From positions 70,106 to 134,105 of the forward strand of contig JBBQBA010000002.1 in NCBI GenBank assembly GCA_038317055.1: 64,000 bases of DNA, read 5' to 3'. The position numbers and the translations under genes were made by a program. This document shows positions 37,878-47,653 of this stretch, piece after piece. How positions within the stretch are numbered: position 1 is the first letter of the stretch; every line of letters starts with the position of its first letter. The notes beneath the pieces were generated by a model that was not told where the DNA came from, ran no database searches, and saw only the letters and a program-made list of their open reading frames with translations. The stretch comes from Candidatus Saccharimonadales bacterium. Its GTDB lineage: Bacteria; Patescibacteriota; Saccharimonadia; Saccharimonadales; DATKHC01.

Positions 37878-38713
37878 TGGCTATTAAAGTTCTAAAACCA
37901 AATACACCAGGCCAAAGAGGCATGACCACTCAGGACTTTAGTACTATTACAACAAAGCGTCCTCTTAAATCATTGTTAGTTGCAAAAAAACGCGGTAGTG
38001 GCCGAAACAACCAAGGTCGAATAACTACTCGACATAAAGGTGGTGGAGCAAAGAAATTCTATCGTCTAATTAACTTTAAACTTGCGCCTGGAACTGTTGC
38101 CAAAATTGAGCACATAGAATATGATCCTAACCGATCTGCTCGAATAGCTCGAATTAAAGAAATCAATGGTACATATCACTACATTCTTGCAGCTAATGGT
38201 ATGCAAGTTGGCAATACGATTACCGTTGCCGCCGATGCACCTATTGAAATTGGTAATCGACTTCCATTAAAGAGTATTCCTCTCGGTAGTGTTATTCACG
38301 CAATTGAAATGCAACCCGGTAAAGGTGCTCAAATTGCTAGATCAGCCGGAGCCAGAGTTCAACTTGTTGCTAAAGAAAATGGTTACGCACAGCTTAAATT
38401 GCCAAGTGGTGAAGTTAGAGCCGTTAGACTTGAGTGTTTAGCATCAATGGGTGCAGTAGGAAATGAACAACACCAAAACATTAAGATCGGAAAAGCCGGA
38501 CGAAACCGAAATAAAGGTATCCGACCTGGTGTACGTGGAGTTGTTATGAATGCAGTAGATCACCCTCATGGTGGAGGAGATGGTGGACGACACGGAACCG
38601 CTAAGGATCCGAGAACACCTTGGGGTCAAAAGACATTAGGTTTTAAGACTCGAAGTCGCAAGAAAGTTAATAAGCAAATTATCCGTAGCCGACACGAAAG
38701 TAAGAGGAGATAG
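37877..38713 (+). CDS. rplB: 50S ribosomal protein L2
   Basis: GRNNQGRITTRHKGGG, and VMNAVDHPHGGGDG as the variant of the canonical L2 motif MNPVDHPHGGGEG. Confidence 0.97.
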   Translation: MAIKVLKPNTPGQRGMTTQDFSTITTKRPLKSLLVAKKRGSGRNNQGRITTRHKGGGAKKFYRLINFKLAPGTVAKIEHIEYDPNRSARIARIKEINGTYHYILAANGMQVGNTITVAADAPIEIGNRLPLKSIPLGSVIHAIEMQPGKGAQIARSAGARVQLVAKENGYAQLKLPSGEVRAVRLECLASMGAVGNEQHQNIKIGKAGRNRNKGIRPGVRGVVMNAVDHPHGGGDGGRHGTAKDPRTPWGQKTLGFKTRSRKKVNKQIIRSRHESKRR

Positions 38714-38715
38714 TT

Positions 38716-38982
38716 GTGAGCGCTAATCTTAAAACAATAGAACAAGAAATTGATCGTAGACAAAATTTCGTTCAAGGTAAAAAACTTGGAGAAATACTTG
38801 CAAGATCAGTTAACGACGACGAACTTCGTGATGTTGCAGTATTTATTGGTCAAATATTTAAAGAATCATCATTGCCAGGTGCAGCTATTCCATACGCAAC
38901 TGCACAAGGCATGTGGTATGGTCTCGATTATCAGGAAGAAACACTAAGTATGATTACATCTAAGACAGCAGGAGCACAATAA
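38716..38982 (+). CDS. 88-aa protein of unknown function inserted between rplB and rpsS
   Basis: GTG 38716 lies 6 nt after GGAG (38706-38709). Its TAA overlaps the rpsS ATG (TAATG at 38980-38984). No recognised family. Confidence 0.6.
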   Translation: MSANLKTIEQEIDRRQNFVQGKKLGEILARSVNDDELRDVAVFIGQIFKESSLPGAAIPYATAQGMWYGLDYQEETLSMITSKTAGAQ

Positions 38983-39257
38983 TGAGTCGTTCACTTAAAA
39001 AAGGTCCATTTATAGATCCTAAACTTGCAAAGAAAGTTGCGGCTCTTGGTAGTGATGATCGAACAATTATCAAAACATGGGCACGAGCATCTACGATTTC
39101 ACCAGAACTAGTAGGTCGCACAATCGCTGTACATAACGGTAAAGTTCATGTGCCTGTATTTATTTCCGAAAACATGGTTGGACATAAGCTTGGTGAATTT
39201 TCTCCAACTCGTAAATTCAGATCACATGGCGGCAAGCTAGCTAAGGGTGGTAAATAA
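38982..39257 (+). CDS. rpsS: 30S ribosomal protein S19
   Basis: [12 protein letters not shown]...[10 protein letters not shown]...[12 protein letters not shown]. Confidence 0.97.
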   Translation: MSRSLKKGPFIDPKLAKKVAALGSDDRTIIKTWARASTISPELVGRTIAVHNGKVHVPVFISENMVGHKLGEFSPTRKFRSHGGKLAKGGK

Positions 39258-39259
39258 TC

Positions 39260-39652
39260 ATGGCCGTTAAAGCAATAGCTAGAGGCGTTCGTATGAGTCA
39301 TCGTAAAGTTGGTGTTGTCGCAGCGCTTGTTCGAAATCATACTGTTGCAGATGCATTAATTATTTTAGAGCACACACCACGAGCTTCAGCTATACCCGTT
39401 AGGAAAGTAATAGAAAGTGCACGAGCTAACGCCGACTACAATCACAATTACAAACCTGATACTCTTCGAATCGTAGAAATAATTGTCAGCCCTGGTCCAA
39501 GTACAAAACGATATCGTCCAGCAGCACGAGGCCGAGCATTACCTTTTCTTAAGCGTACCTCACATATACATGTACTTGTTGATGGTGATAAAAGAGAACC
39601 TAAGAAACCTGTAGCTGCTAAGAAAACTACCACAAAGGTAGAGGAGAAATAA
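39260..39652 (+). CDS. rplV: 50S ribosomal protein L22
   Basis: 130 aa with RMSHRKVGVVAALVRN. Operon position fits. Confidence 0.95.
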   Translation: MAVKAIARGVRMSHRKVGVVAALVRNHTVADALIILEHTPRASAIPVRKVIESARANADYNHNYKPDTLRIVEIIVSPGPSTKRYRPAARGRALPFLKRTSHIHVLVDGDKREPKKPVAAKKTTTKVEEK

Positions 39653-39653
39653 T

Positions 39654-40286
39654 ATGGGACAAAAAGTAAATCCAATAAGTATGCGCCTACAGCTTAATAA
39701 AGACTGGCGAAGTCGTTGGTTCGCTAATAAGCGTGACTATGCTGCTCAGCTTACTCAAGATTTAGCTGTTCGAAAATACATCCAAGATAAACTTGGTAGT
39801 CGTGCATCTATTAATAAAGTAGATATAGAACGCTCACCAAATCAAGTATCAGTTAACATATCAACTGCAAAAGCTGGTGTTGTAATTGGACGAGGTGGTA
39901 CAGGTGCACAAGAACTTAAATTAGCTATCGAGAAAATCTACGGTATGCCAATTCGACTTAATATTGAAGAACTTAAGAAACCTGAGTTATATGCAAAATT
40001 AGTTGCAGAAAATATTGCCCACCAATTAGAACGAAGAATATCATTCCGAAGAGCTATGAAATCTACCGCTGCATCAACAATGCGTGCTGGGGCTAAAGGT
40101 GTTCGAATTGAAATGTCAGGCCGACTTGGTGGTGCAGAAATGTCACGCCGAGAAAAAGAAGTACAAGGAAGTGTTCCACTTCACACTATGCGAGCTGATA
40201 TTGATTATCATGCATCTAGAGCATTGTATCCAGGTGCTGGAATTATCGGAATTAAAGTTTGGATTTACAAAGGAGAGGTTGTCTAG
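39654..40286 (+). CDS. rpsC: 30S ribosomal protein S3
   Basis: [12 protein letters not shown] with a KH domain (GVVIGRGG). Confidence 0.97.
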   Translation: MGQKVNPISMRLQLNKDWRSRWFANKRDYAAQLTQDLAVRKYIQDKLGSRASINKVDIERSPNQVSVNISTAKAGVVIGRGGTGAQELKLAIEKIYGMPIRLNIEELKKPELYAKLVAENIAHQLERRISFRRAMKSTAASTMRAGAKGVRIEMSGRLGGAEMSRREKEVQGSVPLHTMRADIDYHASRALYPGAGIIGIKVWIYKGEVV

Positions 40287-40288
40287 TC

Positions 40289-40702
40289 ATGTTGATGCCT
40301 AACCGAACTAAGTATCGTAAAGTCAGAAAAGGACGAATTACTGGCCCTGCTACTAGTGGTAACACTATTGCATTTGGCCAATATGCTCTTCAGTCACTTG
40401 ATGGTGAGCGAATTACCTCACGTCAAATTGAAGCTGCTCGTCAAGCTATGACTAGATACATAAAGCGAGGCGGTAAAGTTTGGATTAGAATATTCCCACA
40501 AATTCCAGTAACCCGTAAACCACAAGACGTTAAAATGGGCGGTGGTAAAGGTAATCCAGAGTTTTTTGTAGCTAAAGTCCGACCTGGAACAATTATGTTT
40601 GAGATGCAAGGTGTATCTGAAGAAGTAGCAAGAGAAGCAATGAGATTAGCTGCTCATAAATTACCAGTTAAAACTAGATTCTTAGTTCGTGAGGAGGCTT
40701 AG
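40289..40702 (+). CDS. rplP: 50S ribosomal protein L16
   Basis: ATG 40289 gives [16 protein letters not shown]. The track start 40259 overlaps rpsC. Confidence 0.95.
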   Translation: MLMPNRTKYRKVRKGRITGPATSGNTIAFGQYALQSLDGERITSRQIEAARQAMTRYIKRGGKVWIRIFPQIPVTRKPQDVKMGGGKGNPEFFVAKVRPGTIMFEMQGVSEEVAREAMRLAAHKLPVKTRFLVREEA

Positions 40703-40705
40703 CTT

Positions 40706-40906
40706 ATGAAAATTTCAGACATTCGTAAACACACAACAACTGAGCTAACTACAGAAACTACGAAGCTACGTGAAGAAATAGTTGAGCTTAGACGAAAGAT
40801 TCAATTAGGTGAACTTCAGGATGTACGACAGTTGCGAAATAAGAGAAAAGATTTGGCCCGAATGCTTACAGTACTTGGCGAACAACTCTCAAAGGAGAAA
40901 ATGTAA
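40706..40906 (+). CDS. rpmC: 50S ribosomal protein L29
   Basis: 66 aa in the L16-L29-S17 position. Helical (LREEIVELRRKIQLG). Confidence 0.9.
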   Translation: MKISDIRKHTTTELTTETTKLREEIVELRRKIQLGELQDVRQLRNKRKDLARMLTVLGEQLSKEKM

Positions 40907-41178
40907 TGAGTAAAATTTTAGTTGGAACAGTGTCATCGGAAAAGAACAATAAGACTATTGTTGTTACTGTAGTGACTAACAAGATTCACCCAATATATAA
41001 GAAACAATATGTTTCTTCAAAGAAATACCAGGCACATGACGAAAAAAATGAAGCCCATTTAGGTGATAAAGTTTCGATTATCGAAACTCGTCCACTTAGT
41101 GCTACTAAGCATCATAAATTAGAGAAAATTGTAACTAAAGCAGCAATAACCCACAAGGAAGAGGAGCCAGAAGTATGA
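40906..41178 (+). CDS. rpsQ: 30S ribosomal protein S17
   Basis: 90 aa with [16 protein letters not shown]...HPIYKK. Ends in TGA overlapping the rplN ATG. Confidence 0.94.
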   Translation: MSKILVGTVSSEKNNKTIVVTVVTNKIHPIYKKQYVSSKKYQAHDEKNEAHLGDKVSIIETRPLSATKHHKLEKIVTKAAITHKEEEPEV

Positions 41179-41543
41179 TTCAACAAGAATCAAGACTAAC
41201 TGTCTGTGATAACTCAGGTGCAAAAGAAATACTTTGCATACGTGTTCTTGGTGGCAGCCGTCGTCGATATGCTCGAGTTGGTGACGTTATTGTTGCAACC
41301 GTTAAACAAGCTAGTCCTAATGGTACCGTAAAGAAAAAGACTGTTATAAGAGCGGTAGTAGTTCGTACTCGTAAAGCTATTAACCGTAAAGATGGTTCTA
41401 CAATACGATTTGATGATAATGCTGCAGTAGTTATAGGTGATGACAAATTACCACGTGGTACTCGTATATTTGGACCAGTTCCAAGAGAACTTCGTGATAT
41501 GGGTTACTCTAAGATAATTTCACTAGCTCCGGAGGTCCTATAA
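41175..41543 (+). CDS. rplN: 50S ribosomal protein L14
   Basis: [18 protein letters not shown]...IRFDDNA. Confidence 0.97.
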   Translation: MIQQESRLTVCDNSGAKEILCIRVLGGSRRRYARVGDVIVATVKQASPNGTVKKKTVIRAVVVRTRKAINRKDGSTIRFDDNAAVVIGDDKLPRGTRIFGPVPRELRDMGYSKIISLAPEVL

Positions 41544-41875
41544 TGGCTGAATCTACATACAAGATCCGTTTGAAAAAAGGTGACAAAGTAATGGTCAGAG
41601 CAGGTAAATATAAGGGTAAAACTGGTACGGTTTTATCTACCTACCCAAGAACAAACAAAGTCATGGTTGAAGGTATAAACATCGTTAAGAAGCACGTTAA
41701 ACCAAATCGTGCACTTCCTCAGGGTGGAATTATAGACTTAACCAAACCTATAGATGTATCCAAAGTTGGAATCATTGAACCAACTAGCAAGAAGCCTTCA
41801 AGAATCAGCTACAAGATAAATAAAGAAGGCGTAAAGACAAGAATATTTACGAAATCTGGAAAGGAGATCAAGTAA
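41543..41875 (+). CDS. rplX: 50S ribosomal protein L24
   Basis: KOW motif KKGDKVMVRAGKYKGKTGTV. Confidence 0.94.
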   Translation: MAESTYKIRLKKGDKVMVRAGKYKGKTGTVLSTYPRTNKVMVEGINIVKKHVKPNRALPQGGIIDLTKPIDVSKVGIIEPTSKKPSRISYKINKEGVKTRIFTKSGKEIK

Positions 41876-42486
41876 TGGCTACTACAACCGCTAAACCTAC
41901 TGCTACTAAAGCGTCTAAAGCTAAATCAAATTCAAGTCGATTGAAGGATCTTTACTATACTCAGATTTCTAAACAACTTGTTGAAGAACTTAAACTCAAG
42001 AACGTAAACGAAGTACCGAAATTAGAAAAAATAGTTGTTAATGTAGGACTTGGACGCGGTAAAGACGACAAGAAACTAATTGAAGTTGCAACAAATACAG
42101 TTCGTAAAATTACTGGTCAGCAACCAATCCAAACCAAAGCTAAGAAATCAATCGCTACTTTTAAGCTTCGAGAAGGTAATGTTATAGGCATCAAAGTCAC
42201 GCTTCGTGACGAAAAGATGTATGAATTTATGGATAGATTAATAAATATAGTCCTGCCAAGACTTAGAGACTTTCACGGTGTTAAGAATAAAGCTTTTGAT
42301 AAGTCTGGTAACTTTTCAGTAGGTATAACAGAGCAATCAGTATTTCCTGAACTTACGTTCGAGGAAACTACTACTGCACACGGCATTCAAGCTGTATTTG
42401 TTATTAATACTTTAAAACCTGAGTATTCTAAGGCTTTACTTGAAAAATTTGGAATGCCTTTTGAAAAGATTAAGGAGATAAAGTAA
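41875..42486 (+). CDS. rplE: 50S ribosomal protein L5
   Basis: 203 aa with LPRLRDFHG and [13 protein letters not shown]. Confidence 0.95.
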   Translation: MATTTAKPTATKASKAKSNSSRLKDLYYTQISKQLVEELKLKNVNEVPKLEKIVVNVGLGRGKDDKKLIEVATNTVRKITGQQPIQTKAKKSIATFKLREGNVIGIKVTLRDEKMYEFMDRLINIVLPRLRDFHGVKNKAFDKSGNFSVGITEQSVFPELTFEETTTAHGIQAVFVINTLKPEYSKALLEKFGMPFEKIKEIK

Positions 42487-42755
42487 TGGCTAAGAAATCA
42501 ATGATAGCTCGAGACCTCAAGCGTCAGAAAATGATCAAACAATATGCAGCAAAACGAGCTGAACTTAAAGCTATGGGTGATTTAGATGGACTAGCTAACT
42601 TACCTCGTAATTCAAGTCCAACTCGATGGAAGAATCGATGTAGTGAAACAGGACGACCACGTGCATACATGAGACAGTTTGGTCTATCAAGAATTTCGTT
42701 TAGAGAACACGCAAGCAAAGGAGAAATACCAGGTATTACTAAGAGTAGCTGGTAG
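42486..42755 (+). CDS. rpsN: 30S ribosomal protein S14 (long, Cys-less form)
   Basis: 89 aa with RNRC-like [13 protein letters not shown] and LSRISFRE. No CxxC pairs. Confidence 0.93.
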   Translation: MAKKSMIARDLKRQKMIKQYAAKRAELKAMGDLDGLANLPRNSSPTRWKNRCSETGRPRAYMRQFGLSRISFREHASKGEIPGITKSSW

Positions 42756-42764
42756 GAGAAGCAT

Positions 42765-43172
42765 ATGACAACAATATCTACAGACCCAATAGCTGACATG
42801 CTAACTCGAATCCGTAATGCAATTGCGGTACAGAAAAACGAAGTTAAATTGCCTCACTCATCAATGAAGGAACAAGTAGCTAGAGTTCTTAAATCTAAGA
42901 ATCTTATTGAAAGTGTTGAAGTATTACCAATAAAAGATTCTGTATATAAAGATCTAAAAATTGTAATTAATCAACCTGATGCTAATGCACGAATTACTGA
43001 AATTCAAAGAATATCTAAGCCTGGTCGTAGACTATATGCACGTGCGGATAAGATCCCTACTGTGAAAAACGGACGAGGTTTTGTGTTAGTTTCAACATCA
43101 CGAGGATTAATGACAGGTTCAGAAGCCAAGAAATTAGGAATTGGCGGAGAGTTAATTTGTAAGGTTTATTAG
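42765..43172 (+). CDS. rpsH: 30S ribosomal protein S8
   Basis: DPIADMLTRIRNA. Confidence 0.96.
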   Translation: MTTISTDPIADMLTRIRNAIAVQKNEVKLPHSSMKEQVARVLKSKNLIESVEVLPIKDSVYKDLKIVINQPDANARITEIQRISKPGRRLYARADKIPTVKNGRGFVLVSTSRGLMTGSEAKKLGIGGELICKVY

Positions 43173-43173
43173 T

Positions 43174-43713
43174 ATGAGTCGTATAGGAAAACAACCAATA
43201 ACAATACCAAGTGGCGTCAATGTAGTAATTGACTCAGACAATGTTGTGGTTAATGGAACAAAAGGCAGTCTTACTCAGTTTAGACTTGAGGGTATAGACA
43301 TAGTTCAAGAAGGTGAAGAAATTTTGGTAAGCCGAAAGTCAGACGAAGCCGAATTTAGAGCACGACATGGATTAATGAGAAGTCTAATAAATAACATGGT
43401 GGTAGGTGTTAGTTCGGGATTCTCCAAGAAACTAGAATTAAATGGAGTTGGATATCGAGTAGCTTCAGAAGGTGCTGGCTTAAAACTAAATTTAGGTTTT
43501 TCTCATGATGTCCGATTCCCATTACCTCAAGGTGTTGATGCGAAAGTTGAAGGTAACTTAATTACCATTAGTGGTATTAGTAAGCAACAAGTCGGTCAAA
43601 TAGCAGCTGAGATACGAGCATTAAAGAAGCCAGAACCATATAAAGGTAAAGGTATTAAATACGAGAACGAAAGAATTATCCGTAAGAGCGGTAAGAGCGG
43701 TAAGGAAAAATAG
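43174..43713 (+). CDS. rplF: 50S ribosomal protein L6
   Basis: MSRIGKQPITIPSGV...GVGYR. Confidence 0.96.
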   Translation: MSRIGKQPITIPSGVNVVIDSDNVVVNGTKGSLTQFRLEGIDIVQEGEEILVSRKSDEAEFRARHGLMRSLINNMVVGVSSGFSKKLELNGVGYRVASEGAGLKLNLGFSHDVRFPLPQGVDAKVEGNLITISGISKQQVGQIAAEIRALKKPEPYKGKGIKYENERIIRKSGKSGKEK

Positions 43714-43714
43714 T

Positions 43715-44071
43715 ATGAGTAGATTAAAAACTGTCCGAGACCAAGAGATACAACGAAAAATTAGAGTTCGTTCTCTAATTACTGGTACTAAAGAACGACC
43801 AAGACTAAGCGTTTCAATTAGTAACCGACATATCACAGCTCAAATAATTGATGATGAAGCTAGTAAGACAATTGTCTACGTATCATCAGTTGGTAAAAAG
43901 TCTATGGCCGAAACCATGACTGAAGAAGCGGCAGTTCTTGGTACTGATCTTGCAAAGAAAGCTAAGACCGCTAAAGTAACAAAGGTTGTTTTTGACCGAG
44001 GCAGTAGACTATATCACGGAAGAATTAAAGCATTAGCTGATGCAGCTAGAGAAGGCGGATTGGAGTTTTAA
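43715..44071 (+). CDS. rplR: 50S ribosomal protein L18
   Basis: 118 aa with RPRLSVSISNRHITAQIIDD and VFDRGSRLYHGRIKALADAAREGGL. Confidence 0.95.
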   Translation: MSRLKTVRDQEIQRKIRVRSLITGTKERPRLSVSISNRHITAQIIDDEASKTIVYVSSVGKKSMAETMTEEAAVLGTDLAKKAKTAKVTKVVFDRGSRLYHGRIKALADAAREGGLEF

Positions 44072-44072
44072 T

Positions 44073-44756
44073 ATGGCAGATCAAAGACGAAGAGACCAAC
44101 CAAGACGGGACCGAAGACAAATGGATCCTGAGGAAAAACAGTTTGATGAGCAAGTAGTACATATTGACCGAGTAGCCCGTGTTGTTAAAGGTGGTCGCCG
44201 TTTCCATTTCCGAGCACTAACCGCAGTTGGTGACCACAAAGGTCAAATTGGAATTGGTGTTTCAAAAGGCGTAGACGTAACCTCGGCTGTTACTAAATCA
44301 GTTGGCGTAGCAAAAAAGAATATGACCACAATTCATTTATATAATGAAACTATCCCACATGAAGCTGAAGCTAAAGTTGGTGGAGCACATATTCTAATTA
44401 AACCTGCAGCTCCTGGAACTGGTCTAAAGGCTGGTGGTGTTGTCCGAGTAGTGCTTGATGTTGCTGGAGTAAAGAACGTACTATCAAAGTCACTAGGTTC
44501 GAGCAATAAGATTAATGCGGCTTACGCAACACTTACCGCACTAAAGCTTATTGAACCTCAAGAAAACTGGGTTTCAAGATACGGATATTCAAACGATGAC
44601 AGTAAAAAGGTTGTAGTTGAATCCAAAGAAACACCAGTTGAAGAAACTACTGAAGAGGTAAAAGAAGTTAAACAAACAACTCCTAAAAAAGCTACCTCCA
44701 GCTCTAAACCAAAAGTAGCCGCAAAACCTAAAGCAGCTAAGAAAGCAACCAAATGA
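44073..44756 (+). CDS. rpsE: 30S ribosomal protein S5 with Lys/Ala/Pro-rich C-terminal extension
   Basis: ATG 44073 lies right after the rplR stop. Core is VVHIDRVARVVKGGRRFHFRAL. Roughly 60 extra C-terminal residues end ...KPKVAAKPKAAKKATK. Confidence 0.94.
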   Translation: MADQRRRDQPRRDRRQMDPEEKQFDEQVVHIDRVARVVKGGRRFHFRALTAVGDHKGQIGIGVSKGVDVTSAVTKSVGVAKKNMTTIHLYNETIPHEAEAKVGGAHILIKPAAPGTGLKAGGVVRVVLDVAGVKNVLSKSLGSSNKINAAYATLTALKLIEPQENWVSRYGYSNDDSKKVVVESKETPVEETTEEVKEVKQTTPKKATSSSKPKVAAKPKAAKKATK

Positions 44757-45235
44757 AATATAACGAACTACAAGTAAAGTCGAATAAAGCTAGAAACCGA
44801 GTAGGTCGTGGTATTGCTGCCGGCCAAGGTAAGACTGCTGGACGTGGAACTAAGGGTCAGAGATCACGAACAGGAAGTAGTCGAAAACCAGGGTTTGAAG
44901 GTGGTTCTAATCCTTTGATTCAAAGACTTCCTAAATTACGAGGTTTTAATACTCACAAAGAGCCTCCAACAGCTGTATACACCGGTCAACTCGATAAACT
45001 TACCGTCAAAAATGTGGATACCGAAGTATTGTACAAAGCTGGTATTATTGAGAATCCATATCTTCGAGTTAAGTTGATAGTAAACGGTGAGCTTAAAAAA
45101 GCTCAAGACGTAAAACTTCAACTTGCAAGTAAGACTGCGATTGCAGTAGTAGAAAAAGCTGGTGGTAAATTTAGTATAGTTGAACAAGTTGGACGACCAA
45201 AGTCTGAAAAGACAAAATCTAAGTCTTCAAAATAG
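44753..45235 (+). CDS. rplO: 50S ribosomal protein L15
   Basis: RVGRGIAAGQGKTAGRGTKGQ. The start overlaps the rpsE stop (ATGA). Confidence 0.95.
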   Translation: MKYNELQVKSNKARNRVGRGIAAGQGKTAGRGTKGQRSRTGSSRKPGFEGGSNPLIQRLPKLRGFNTHKEPPTAVYTGQLDKLTVKNVDTEVLYKAGIIENPYLRVKLIVNGELKKAQDVKLQLASKTAIAVVEKAGGKFSIVEQVGRPKSEKTKSKSSK

Positions 45236-45306
45236 CTTGAACTTAGATATTTCTGTATACTTAATAAGATTTTAGCGGGTAATTAAGGGCAAAAGTTTTT
45301 TAGAAA

Positions 45307-46818
45307 ATGAACTGGAACATAATATTAAAATCACTGAAAAGCAAAGATATGCGCAAGCGTATATTCGCTGTTCTTGGAATGTTACTTATATTCCGAGCAC
45401 TAACTTATGTACCGATTCCTATCGGTAATACCGCTACTCTTAAAACTTTCATAGATCATTTATTTACTTCTACAAATACCCCACAATTACTTAGTTATCT
45501 GAACGTTTTATCTGGTGGTGCTCTAGCTAACTTCTCTATAATGCTGGTTGGCTTAGGGCCATATATTAATGCCTCAATTATTATGCAATTGTTAACCAAA
45601 GCAATACCTAAACTTGAGGCCTTAAATAAAGAAGGTGAATTTGGACGTAAGAAGATAAATCAGTACACTCGAATTCTTACATTTCCACTGGCTATTATTC
45701 AATCAGTTGGTGCAATCTATCTTATGAATGAGGCTGCTATACAGCTCGGTAGTCAGAGTATTATTGCCAATGCGTCAATAATGCAATGGATAATTATGGT
45801 GGGATCTCTAACTGGTGGTTCTATGTTGCTAATGTGGCTTGGAGAGTTAATTACTGAACAAAGTATTGGTAATGGAATTTCACTACTAATTACCGTTGGA
45901 ATCGTCAGTCGACTGCCGCAGTCAATTGCTTCAATTGTGTCAGCACTCACAGTAAATAAAGCTAGATTAATAGTACTCGGTCACAAGACATTTATCGTAA
46001 GGGAAGCTGTATTTTGGTATATGGTCGTACTCCTATTCGTGGTAGTACTAACAGTACTGGTCGTAAAACTTAATGAAGCATCTGAAAGAGTAACAATTAA
46101 TTACGCCAAACGAGTAAAAGGTAATCGGGCTTATGGTGAGGTAACTACGGTGCTCCCGATAAAACTAATTGCCGCCGGAGTTATACCGATTATTTTTGCA
46201 GTAGCTTTCTTAAGTGTGCCCAGTTTTGTGGGTCAATTAATGTCAGGTTCTAATAGTGCACATTTGCATCAAATTGGTACTGAACTAACTAAATATTTCC
46301 AAAGTCCGAGTAGTACAACTTTTGCAGCTGGCGGATGGATTCCGTATCTCTATCCTGGAATATACTTTATTTTAGTTTTTGCTTTTACATTCTTCTACAC
46401 GGGTATTACTTTCAATGCAAAAGAAATTGCTGAAAATCTCCAAAAGCAAGGTGGCTTTTTGGAGGGAGTCCGTGCTGGTACTCAGACAGAAAAGTTCCTA
46501 AGTAAAAAGGTAAACAGATTAACATTATTTGGTGGATTTGCTCTTGGTTGTCTAGCTGTACTTCCTATATTGCTGCAAAGGTTCGTAAGTACAAATATTA
46601 GCGTTGGTGGTACATCTATTTTAATTCTTGTCGCTGTATCACTAGAAACTCTTCGAGCAATAGAGTCACGAGCACTAATGGTAACCTACGACCAATACGA
46701 ACAACCAGATTTCTTTTACGATGCTGACGATGGAGCACTTGCGGCAACTGGAGCATCGAGATTGAGATTTATTCCAGGACGTAGTAAAATTAAAAATAAT
46801 AAAGACAAAACCCTTTGA
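45307..46818 (+). CDS. secY: preprotein translocase subunit SecY
   Basis: 503 aa with 10 TM. GLGPYINASIIMQLL, and a C-terminal acidic/basic tail beyond the usual length. Confidence 0.95.
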   Translation: MNWNIILKSLKSKDMRKRIFAVLGMLLIFRALTYVPIPIGNTATLKTFIDHLFTSTNTPQLLSYLNVLSGGALANFSIMLVGLGPYINASIIMQLLTKAIPKLEALNKEGEFGRKKINQYTRILTFPLAIIQSVGAIYLMNEAAIQLGSQSIIANASIMQWIIMVGSLTGGSMLLMWLGELITEQSIGNGISLLITVGIVSRLPQSIASIVSALTVNKARLIVLGHKTFIVREAVFWYMVVLLFVVVLTVLVVKLNEASERVTINYAKRVKGNRAYGEVTTVLPIKLIAAGVIPIIFAVAFLSVPSFVGQLMSGSNSAHLHQIGTELTKYFQSPSSTTFAAGGWIPYLYPGIYFILVFAFTFFYTGITFNAKEIAENLQKQGGFLEGVRAGTQTEKFLSKKVNRLTLFGGFALGCLAVLPILLQRFVSTNISVGGTSILILVAVSLETLRAIESRALMVTYDQYEQPDFFYDADDGALAATGASRLRFIPGRSKIKNNKDKTL

Positions 46819-46862
46819 CTTTAAAACAGGGGTTGTGATACAATTAGTCTCTGTTACTATTT

Positions 46863-47081
46863 ATGGTCAAAAATAAGGAAGTTATAGAGTTATCTGGAAC
46901 AATAGTCGAGGCATTGCCTGGGACTCAGTTCAAAGTAGAACTCGAGAATGGCCATCAAATAATAGCTCATGTCGCAGGGAAAATGCGTAAGCATTACATA
47001 AGATTAGTACCTGGTGATGGCGTGACGGTTGAATTGACTCCTTATGATCTTACAAAGGGTCGGATAACCTACCGCAAATAA
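46863..47081 (+). CDS. infA: translation initiation factor IF-1
   Basis: 72 aa with an S1-like fold ([35 protein letters not shown]). Confidence 0.96.
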   Translation: MVKNKEVIELSGTIVEALPGTQFKVELENGHQIIAHVAGKMRKHYIRLVPGDGVTVELTPYDLTKGRITYRK

Positions 47082-47127
47082 CAATTTTATATAAGCAGTG
47101 AGTCATTACTGTAAAGGAGTGATCCGC

Positions 47128-47244
47128 ATGAAAGTGCGTGCAAGTGTTAAGAAAATTAGCCCCGATGATAAAATAGTCCGCCGTAAAGGACGAGTTTACG
47201 TTATCAATAAACTTAAACCACGTCATAAGCAGAGGCAAGGTTAA
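47128..47244 (+). CDS. rpmJ: 50S ribosomal protein L36 (Cys-less form)
   Basis: Not in the track (38 aa). Own translation: [45 protein letters not shown] upstream. Confidence 0.9.
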   Translation: MKVRASVKKISPDDKIVRRKGRVYVINKLKPRHKQRQG

Positions 47245-47247
47245 TAT

Positions 47248-47634
47248 ATGGCTCGAATTTCAGGTGTAACTATTCCGGATAATAAGCAGATTCAAATCTC
47301 GCTTACTTATGTTTATGGAATTGGACCAAAATTTAGTAGAGATATTCTTGGAGCCGCTAAAATTGATCCTACTGTAAGGGTTAAGGATTTAACTGACACA
47401 GAAGTTTCTCGTATCCAAGACGTTATCAACGATAAATATATAGTTGAAGGCGATTTACAAAGAATCGTTACTGGTAACATCAAACGACTACGAGACATTA
47501 ATAGTTATAGAGGCTTAAGACATAAAGCAGGACTTCCAGTTCGTGGTCAACGTACAAGAACTAATGCTCGAACCAAACGAGGTCGTAAGTTAACAGTTGG
47601 TGGAACAGCCAAGAAAGTAGCATCAAAGACTTAG
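47248..47634 (+). CDS. rpsM: 30S ribosomal protein S13
   Basis: MARISGVTIPDNKQ...YRGLRHKAGLPVRGQRT. Confidence 0.97.
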   Translation: MARISGVTIPDNKQIQISLTYVYGIGPKFSRDILGAAKIDPTVRVKDLTDTEVSRIQDVINDKYIVEGDLQRIVTGNIKRLRDINSYRGLRHKAGLPVRGQRTRTNARTKRGRKLTVGGTAKKVASKT

Positions 47635-47653
47635 GGTCTATAACGGAGAAATT

